A stretch of DNA of 64,000 nt from Antedon mediterranea (taxonomy: Eukaryota > Animalia > Echinodermata). Shown one piece after another: positions 56,701-64,000 of this stretch (positions are counted from its first letter, which is position 1; every line of letters begins with the position of its first letter). The position numbers were made by a program, and so were the translations under genes. The notes below the pieces were generated by a model. The model did not search any database. It was given only the letters and a program-made list of their open reading frames with translations, and was not told the DNA's origin. The stretch covers positions 22,244,795 to 22,308,794 of the forward strand of contig NC_092670.1 of NCBI RefSeq assembly GCF_964355755.1, given 5' to 3'.

Positions 56701-57677
56701 TTTTCTGTAACATCTCATCTTTTTTTCCATGCCAACCATAGCGCTGAAAAGTAAAGACCTCTCATTATACAAGTCAATAGTAATTTTAGATTAGCCCGTG
56801 ACTATAATACCTACAGTATCTGTATAAACTTCAATGACTATGGCGCTGATCTTAGGGGATGTAGAGGGAAGCATTTGATGTTGTTTGAACCTTTTTTGTA
56901 AGTGTAAAGTGCTATGTAAAAAGCGCTAAATAAAAAAAAATACACTTGTCAATTGTATGACACACTATATGAACACTGGGAGATGTTCATCATTTGTCTG
57001 ATGTGCATCATACCTTACGAATACCATGACACAGCCCTGCATAAAAAAATAACGTACCTTTAGGTGACCATGACCATGGTGATTTTGACTATGTTGTTCA
57101 TTATATGGCAGGTGGTAAAATGACGGACATTGATACACCATTGTTCATTGATGTGACGTATTATCTAGATTTTTTGACGCACCCCTGTGTCAATAAGTAT
57201 TTGTAATTGACGCATCCATCACGCACTTCTCCCAGGGATCGTATAGTGCAGTTGTATAGTGTACAATTGACAAGTGCATTACTACTCATGTCAAACATTA
57301 CTATTACTGAATGGTCGGTTCCCCAAAATTCAGATTGGATCTGTTATGCTATTACTCCTAAATTGGACATCCTTTAGATGAAGGTACACTTGTAGGTAAC
57401 CAAGCAAATTAATTACCTGACCAAAAAACCCAACAATAATATCAGATCTATCCAATTCCCGCAGACAAATAGCAATAGTAGCTGCCTGAGCAGAGTGCTC
57501 AGATGTAATGCCCCAACGCATATCAACTGGAACAAACTCGTATCCAGCACGGGAGCACTGATGTGCTAATTTCGGCCAGTACTTTTTCGTCAGTTCTTCA
57601 CGTTCTTCCTCTAGACCACCAAATGGAGAGCTGAAGAAGACTCTGGCAACCTTTCTACCATTTGATTTTTTCTCCAT
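38779..57677 (-). CDS. DUF4062 + NACHT/STAND NTPase + TPR repeat protein (TEP1/NWD/nephrocystin-3-like N-terminal architecture)
   Basis: Phase-consistent exons: 57417-57677, 56567-56743, 54628-54771, 54171-54441, 53855-53962, 53320-53522, 52469-52735, 51961-52028, 51572-51647, 51014-51153, 50134-50242, 47218-47357, 45646-45805, 45027-45122, 44696-44850, 44417-44504, 42895-43047, 42471-42595, 41780-41924, 41390-41501, 40133-40376, 39607-39817, 38779-39003. Motifs RVFFSSPF..LEEERE, VDMRWG, RYGW, SVTELE; Walker A GLPG|SGKT; Walker B VVIIDALN; WLP, NPLYL, ELPW; TPRs (AETFNNLA, AESYNNLG, FGDEHPSVAQSL). Terminal exon not resolved. Confidence 0.9.
39069..39212. mobile_element. MITE family A copy
   Basis: AAAGCTCTGTCTACACTATCAAACT...AGTTTGATAGTGTAGAGAGAGCT. 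Confidence 0.78.
42020..42193. mobile_element. MITE family A copy
   Basis: Same TIRs and three internal ACTACCATATTTGGGCA repeats. Confidence 0.75.
43692..44365 (+). mobile_element. Helentron-associated non-autonomous element (HINE/DINE-1-like)
   Basis: 5' subTIR ACCTCCGCC with stem partner GGAGGT, (GTTT)n microsatellite, 3' subTIR GGCGGAGGT, hairpin CACTC-TCG-GAGTG, then CTAG-TT. Confidence 0.85.
45830..46955. repeat. 87-bp minisatellite (~13 units)
   Basis: Unit ...TCACATGAACAAGAAACTTTTTACGCTGAATCAACAGATTCAAAGCTTGTATCCTTTATCCGTACAAATAGATCGGGGTTTGTTTAG. Gives the 29-aa periodic ORF. Confidence 0.97.
48080..49870. repeat. Complex ~28-bp minisatellite with higher-order blocks
   Basis: Core GTTTGAGGGTGATATCATAAATAAAGCA is homogeneous at about 49030-49430 and divergent outside it. 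Confidence 0.92.
54910..56520. repeat. 20-bp minisatellite (~80 units, two main variants)
   Basis: AACCACCATGTGCA-CTG-CAA interspersed with AACCACCATGTGCA-ATA-CAA. Confidence 0.97.
56943..57276. mobile_element. Putative MITE
   Basis: TIR CACTTGTCAATTGTA / TACAATTGACAAGTG plus imperfect subterminal inverted matches. Confidence 0.5.
57417..57677 (-). CDS. First coding exon (DUF4062 domain)
   Basis: MEKKSNGRKVARVFFSSPFGGLEEEREEL...VDMRWG...ICLRELDRSDIIVGFFGQ then GTAATT donor. Confidence 0.9.
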
Positions 57678-57730
57678 CTTGTGTCACTTCTCTGCAAAAG
57701 CAATCAATTAAGTATTACACATAACATAAG

Positions 57731-59753
57731 GCAGCTGCAAAACATACAATAGGACCAAAACAAAAGGTTGGCTACAACAAAAGGACATACGATGACACAA
57801 CCCAACGCCTATCAACGCAGCAAAAAGAACTTAGACTACAAATAGCTAACTGCAAGTCGGAAATCGAACGTACATCATTAAAGCAAAAAAGAAACAAAAT
57901 CATGCATGACATTCAAAAAAGAGTAATTGAAACACGCAACAAAGAACTTGATCAGAAAAGTTTGGATATCGACAAAGCGATAGGGGGCGCCCAAATGTTT
58001 AAAGCAGTGAAAGATCTTAATAGAAAACCATTCGAAAATCCAAAAGTGTTTGATGCTAACAAAAAGTTTATTGCCTCACCAAATGGAATAGCGAAAGTAA
58101 TTGGCAATCACTTCGAAAATAAATTTTACGACGGAAGCAAACGAAATATAGATTCATTTGAGGGAAATCCTAGGCCATTAAATAAAGAAATCAGTGAAGA
58201 GGAAGTAACCAAGAGTCTTAAACGCCTAAACAACAGTCGAGCAACAGGTGAGGATGGTATCCCATGAGAACTACTAAAATACGGTTCCACTGTTCTAGCT
58301 CCAATGATTTCAGACATTTTAAATCAAATATTTACAAAACATGAATTCGTGGATATTAATAAAGGAACACTCATAGCACTACCAAAGCCGGGTAAGGAAA
58401 AGGGTCCAACTAAGAATTTACGACCTGTTATTCTACTTAACACCATACGCAAGTGCCTATCGCTTATAACACTGGATAGAATTACATCGAAAGTAGACGC
58501 ATTCTTACCACAAAGCCAAAGTGGGTTTCGCAAAGGCAGAAGCACAAGTGATATTGTTTTTACACATCGATGGCTTATAGCTAAAGCACAAAAAGAAAAA
58601 ACAAATATTTACATAACCGGTATAGATATGTCAAGCGCGTTTGACACCGTGGATAGAAACAAACTCCTCGACATACTCAAACATATTATAGACAAAGATG
58701 AACTTAGGATCGTTAGATTTCTGCTGAGTGAAACCTGACTAAATCTTAAAAGTAAAAGTCGCAAAAGAACAGCCAATATTCCAAACCAACATCGGCACCC
58801 CTCAAGGAGATAGCTTAAGCCCGGTCTTATTCACTGTTTACCTGGAGTCTGCGTTACGAGGAATCAGAACAATTATCCAAACAGAAATACCTCAAGAGAT
58901 ATCATATGCTGATGATGTAGATTTTTTGAGTCTAAACAGCAAGCATAATGTAAACAAATTAGAACGCCATTTATCAACTTTCAACTTAAATGTAAATAAA
59001 GAAAAAACAGAACACACTATCGTAAGACGAGAAAAAGAGGACATACAAGAACAATGGAGAAACACGAAAAAAGTAGGATCGCTCCTTGGGGACAGACAAG
59101 ACATAATTAGAAGAAAACAACTAGCGCGTGTAGCAATGACCAAACTAAACTCGATGTGGCTTCGAAAAGATAAAATCAAATTAAAAATACGTATCAAGTT
59201 GTACAACTCACTAGTTAAAAGTATATTACTCTACAACTCTGAAACATGGGGACTCACAAAAGAAGAAGCACATAAACTCGACACATTTCACAGACAGCAA
59301 CTTCGCAAAATCATAGGTATCAGGTTCCCAGACAGGATATCGAACATAAATTTATACAGAAGGACAGGAACAAAACCGATTTCATTAGAAATAGTCGACG
59401 CAAGATGGAGACTATTGGGTCACATACTTAGACAAGACCCATGTACACCAGCCAACACTGCAATAAGCTATTATTTCAGCAACACTACCAATATAAAATT
59501 TCGAGGAAGACCGAGAACCACCCTACCAATAACTCTCAGCAATGACCTACTCATCCTTTATAAGCATAATACAGACATTAAGTATCCCGGACAATTGAAA
59601 ACCAAGAAAGACATTAAACAACTTAAAGAACTAGCCAATGAAAGATCAGACTGGAAGAAACTAGTAAAAGAGATTTACGGAGCAGCCCAAGCGGAAATGT
59701 CGGCAGACTTTTCAGCGGAAAGGCAGTAATAATATACAGTATATATAATATAT
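57731..59753 (+). mobile_element. 5'-truncated RTE-group LINE (reverse transcriptase pseudogene)
   Basis: RT motifs NLRPVILLN, QSGFRKGRSTSD, IDMSSAFDTV, PQGDSLSP, YADD (58905-58916). In-frame TGAs at 58265 and 58736, frameshift nearby, AT-rich tail, candidate TSD ACATAAG at 57724-57730 and 59754-59760. Confidence 0.9.
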
Positions 59754-59909
59754 ACATAAGTCATAAGTTACATAATATAATATGCTAGCCACGCATATCT
59801 CTTATTATTAATATTAGTATGATGTCAAATCAAGCCAGTACCCAAATTTACGTTAAAATTGAACCCACCTTTTACCCACTCAGCAGCAGTGGTATAGGAG
59901 ATGGATATG

Positions 59910-60260
59910 ACGCAGGCCTAACTAGGTGGATAGGCCTAGAGTCTAGGCTAGATAGACCTAGCCTAGCTAGGCCTGCTAGCCTAGAAGGGGAGGGATGGGG
60001 CTTAGGCTCCTAGGATTAGGATGGGATTGATTAGAGAAGAATAGCTAGCTACTGCTAGGCTAGGCATAGGCTAGAGGCCTAGCTAGCTAGGCCTCTAGTA
60101 GGCCTTTAGAGTAGGTAGGCCTAGGCCTACTAGCCTAGCTAGTAAGTAGGCCTAGCCTAGCCTAGCTAGCTATATAGGCCCTAGCTAGTAGGCTAGGCCT
60201 AGCCTAGGCCTAGTTAGGCCTAAAATCATTTACTTGCTGACTTAGTAGCCTAGCCTAAAA
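59910..60260. repeat. Low-complexity tract of TAGGCCTA/CTAG palindromes
   Basis: Dense AGGCCT, CTAG and GCTAGC words. Confidence 0.85.
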
Positions 60261-61453
60261 GTAAATACGTCCACATAAATAATCTAGGATAATATATCTT
60301 ATTAATATTATGATCTTATTATTGTTATTATGCACCAATGAAATAATTGCAGTTTACAATAGCAACCAAAAACAGAAAGAATTTGACATGCTGACGGCGG
60401 ACGGTCTTGTGAAAATTGTTTTCATTAGTTACTATACTTGGTGGCGCTATTCATATATGGCGCGCCGTTAGCGCAATAGAAGATTACCTTCTGTAAAATT
60501 CTAAATATCGTTTTTATTTCAGATAAATGTCAGATCATCAATTGAAGTTCATAGTAAGCCTAACGATTACATAGCAGTCAGTGGAAAATGGAAAAAGGCT
60601 TTCTACTTTCTAGGAGTTTTATCAGATAATCTATATTGTTTTGACAACTCTTGCATAAAGACCACAGTGATTTTGTTATTTTTTCCCTAATTAATAGTAT
60701 TTATAGTTTGGAATGGAAAACAGCAGTCGTTTTTTTTCCTCCAGATACAAAATCATTAACGAATCGGTTTTGATATAAATAATTAATTTATTCACAGTCC
60801 AAAAGCTACAATAACCTAAAGAACAATTCAGATTTAGCCACATTAAAATTAAAATCTGAATTTTCCACATTAAATAAATAATACATTTTTAGTCCCTTAA
60901 ATAAATTTTACAGTGTACTTACATTATAATAATATCTCTGTTTTAACAAAATGACAACATAAACACATAAAACAACAGACGTTTCTAAAATGACACAAAA
61001 AATATACTTTTTATTGTCAATCAGGAAGGTGTAGGTGTTATATAAAATCCAATATATCCTGTTTATAGTCAAGATTAATCATAGAAGAGTTCTTCCAGGC
61101 ATGAAGAATTTACGGTGCAACACTGTATAATTTTTTAATTTATACTCAAATAAAGAAACACTCCAAAGACATGTTCACAATATAAATTCAATGTTTATTT
61201 GTTTACAATACAAAAAAAAAACAATCATGTTTTTATTTTTAAAAAGTCTGTTTATTGCATATTGTAGTAACATTAATTTGGTGTACTTGATTGGGGACTA
61301 AACAAGTAATGTTTTTATTTTGATCGATACACAAGTACTCAACGTACAGTATTAGTCTTATTGTTATAATCCTAACTGATTTTCTTTTAAGCTTTTTCTA
61401 CATTATCAAACGTTATGTGACAAAAAAATGTAATGTGCCCATATGTGGATATA

Positions 61454-61786
61454 CAGTAGAACCTGTATTTTACGTACCCTGATTTTACGTTCCCTTGATT
61501 TTACGTACGCTTAAAATAACCGATGACGTCATCAGTATATACTGTACTTTTCTAGTTAGGCCTCATATCTTGCTAGGCCTGCTAGCCTGGCCTGAATAGT
61601 CTAGTAGGCAAGGCCTAGCTAGTGACCACCTGCAAGCTGTACAGTAAAGTAGGCAAACACGGTAGCCTTTATAGCTACGATTTCTACGTATTTGGGGACA
61701 ATTTAAGGTCAACCTCGATTTTACGAATCCCTTGTTTTACGTACGCCTTCCGGCCCCGTACCGTACGTAAAATGAAGGTTCTACTG
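61454..61786. mobile_element. Tigger/pogo-like MITE next to a truncated family A MITE
   Basis: TA|CAGTAGAACCTGTATTTTACGTAC...GTACGTAAAATGAAGGTTCTACTG|TA with subterminal TTTTACGT repeats. Family A left half at about 61388-61450. Confidence 0.85.
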
Positions 61787-61974
61787 TATATGGAACTAGA
61801 TTCCAAGTATTGCATGTATAAAACGGCATGTGTGCCAACATTTTTTACAAATATTAGGTCGAACTGACGTCTAGAACCTGGACTAGTGGAAAGGCAACAT
61901 CATGCATTCTCAAGATTAAAACTTGGAAAATAAAACTTTAAAATCAATTAAATTTAGCACCTTTTAAATTAATA

Positions 61975-62196
61975 TTATACAGTTTTCTTAACGGTACTTT
62001 CCAGCCTCATTATCCTGAATACAGTTGCAGCTATTCTCTCATACGTCAGAAACATGAGGGCAGCAGTAAGTACCGTCTGAATCAGTTTGGTCTCTAGTCC
62101 TTTGTACAGATGCCAAAAACCATGTGTTCTCACTATATGTTTTAACATATCAATAGTTTTCATTGATACACCTTTTTTCTCCCCTTGGTTACTGAA
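61975..62196 (-). CDS. SLC25A17: Peroxisomal membrane carrier PMP34, last exon
   Basis: LYKGLETKLIQTVLTAALMFLTYE matches the SLC25A17 C-terminal signature. AG acceptor at 62197-62198, stop at 61975. Confidence 0.92.
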   Translation of the reverse strand, partial: FSNQGEKKGVSMKTIDMLKHIVRTHGFWHLYKGLETKLIQTVLTAALMFLTYERIAATVFRIMRLESTVKKTV

Positions 62197-62282
62197 CTGA
62201 AAAATTTATAAAAAAAAAGGTATAAGATTGTAAACAGACTCTCTGCTAATGGAAAAAATGTCTTACAAGTAAATATATATAA

Positions 62283-62906
62283 GGCCAATTTACACAGACG
62301 AGCGGTAACGGTAAGCAGTAAAGTTGAGCGGAAAACGCAAAAATAGAATCTATGTTATTTCTTATGACCCTTTACACAGAACGCGGAGCGGACGAGCGGT
62401 TGAGCGGAAATCCGCTCAGAATCGAAACAGATTCGATTTTGTGAAAATACCGCGCGGTATTTATGGATTCTGGCCAACCAACGACATAATTGAAATGACG
62501 TCATCTATCAACAATTTTTTTTTGCCGTCCGTCGAGTGAAAGACGACAATAAATAGTATACGAGTGCCGTAGTAAGTCTAGTTTGCAACTTCTTTTTATT
62601 AAGAAATACAAACACCTAAGACGTGACTAATGTTTGTATAAGGATAGTGAAAAGAAAATATACATTTTAGTACGTTATTAGGCAACAATTCCCTCTAAAA
62701 CTTAGGCCAGTGTGTGCTAGGCCTACTGACAGTCAGTCACATCCAGGCCAGCAGTGACTGTAACATGCAGTAGCCTCGAGGCCTACACGGACCTACTTTC
62801 CACCACTCCGTTCGCGAACTCCGCGCGCTGTGTAAATGGGAAAAGCCACGCGGTTTTTCGCTTACAATTACCGCTTACCGTTACCGCTCGTCTGTGTAAA
62901 TTGGCC
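62283..62906. mobile_element. PIF/Harbinger-like MITE
   Basis: 34-bp perfect TIR GGCCAATTTACACAGACGAGCGGTAACGGTAAGC with TAA/TTA flanks. Confidence 0.88.
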
Positions 62907-63602
62907 TTAAGTACAGTACAAAGCCAGGTCAATACCCTAGCCTAGCTTAATACAATAAAATAAAAACTATGAACTTGGTTACTTCATGGTGCCAGGGAAG
63001 AGTATCCTGATGTTGCTTTATTACTATAAATGTGTTTAATATGGCCATTGCAGGTAATGTACAAAGCATGATATGAATGACACAAAGAGCTACTTGTCAA
63101 TGAATGATCAGGAAGCGGTTGTTTATTGGGTTATAAAGGCCAATTGTTTCGGACCTCCTGTCTGTTACTAATTAGGAATTTCTTTCTATGCCTACAGTAC
63201 ATGTTGATACCAGCTCATTTTTGCTGTTAAGTGAGCATAGTTTGAGATGACATATAATTATATATTTCTCATACAGAATAAATTAAGGTTTACGTTTGGT
63301 GATATATACACAGATTTCCTCATCTTTATCATTTCAAATTAATTAATAAAATTTCAGTATATCACCAGGGGTTTAGAATTTATTCTGTGCCTGTGATGTT
63401 TATATTTATATATAAATTTATCTATATAAATCCAAAGGCAAATTACTGAAAAAAATGACAATGCTGTGGGTATCAGTGGCTGGATCTCAATGGAGATACA
63501 AAAATAAAAAGCGAAAAGCTAAATCAAAACGATAAAGTAAACAGCCAGAAAAGTTAGCAGAGCTTTCAGGCAACACTAGCCCTTCATCTATATATTTACA
63601 AT

Positions 63603-63647
63603 CTGCAGACAGTGCTGTTTCGATCTTATTAGATCTCGTCAGTGCAG
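63603..63647 (-). ncRNA. Type I hammerhead ribozyme motif
   Basis: Minus strand CTGCA-CTGACGA-GATCT(AATA)AGATC-GAAA-CAG(CA)CTG-TC-TGCAG: complete core, 5-bp stems I and II, short stem III, GUC cleavage triplet. Confidence 0.85.
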
Positions 63648-63662
63648 CTCAGGTTTCGAAAT

Positions 63663-63711
63663 GTTAGTATGCACTGATGAAGGGCCAGTGTTGCCCGAAA
63701 GCTCTGCTAAC
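63663..63711 (+). ncRNA. Minimal hammerhead ribozyme motif (Penelope-type)
   Basis: GTTAGTATGCA-CTGATGA-A-GGGC(CAGTGTT)GCCC-GAAA-GCTC-TGCTAAC: core present, palindromic AGCT stem III, bulged stem I. Confidence 0.7.
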
Positions 63712-63968
63712 TTTTCTGGCTGTTTTACTTTATCGTTTTGATTTAGCTTTCGCATTTTTTTTTGTATCTCCATTGAGATCTAGCCACTGATACCCACAGC
63801 ATGGTAATTTTTTCAGTATTTTGCCTTTGGATTTATATATATATATATATTACTAAAAATTCTAAATATTAATAAGTGAATACATTTCAAAATCTCTATG
63901 TAACGTAATGGCAACTGTAAATGTGACTGATTAAGAGAATGGATGGTATTTAACCAATCAAATCTTAC

Positions 63969-64000
63969 CCTTTGTTTACTCTGAACGACTTGCAGTGGAT
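63969..64000 (-). CDS. SLC25A17: SLC25A17 penultimate exon (partial, continues beyond the window)
   Basis: (Y)PLQVVQSKQR then GTAAG donor: carrier motif variant, phase 0, matching the last exon. Confidence 0.8.

Larger units (their letters stand above)
63423..63840. mobile_element. Inverted-repeat element, probably derived from a Penelope-like pseudo-LTR
   Basis: Arms 63423-63588 and 63676-63840 are near-identical reverse complements ending in TA runs. Hammerhead motifs lie at the centre. Confidence 0.75.

Overview
AT-rich eukaryotic (metazoan) genomic DNA with GT-AG introns and many repeats; not prokaryotic. SINE type, LINE types and composition suggest a marine invertebrate, possibly an echinoderm (inference only). 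Three spliced minus-strand genes were reconstructed by hand from splice sites and reading phase. (1) A polycystin-1/REJ-like receptor (signal peptide, WSC, PKD-like repeats, four degenerate discoidin/FA58C modules, a 2.97-kb exon, REJ), ATG at 35729, apparently continuing off the left end. (2) A DUF4062-NACHT/STAND-TPR protein, 57677 to about 38779. (3) The last two exons of SLC25A17 (PMP34). The introns carry two decayed LINEs, Helitron/Helentron-type elements, several MITE families, SINEs, a 5S fragment and five minisatellite arrays; most long ORFs in the track are artefacts of those arrays. The most notable non-coding feature is a ~420-bp palindrome in the last SLC25A17 intron with two different hammerhead ribozyme motifs back-to-back on opposite strands.
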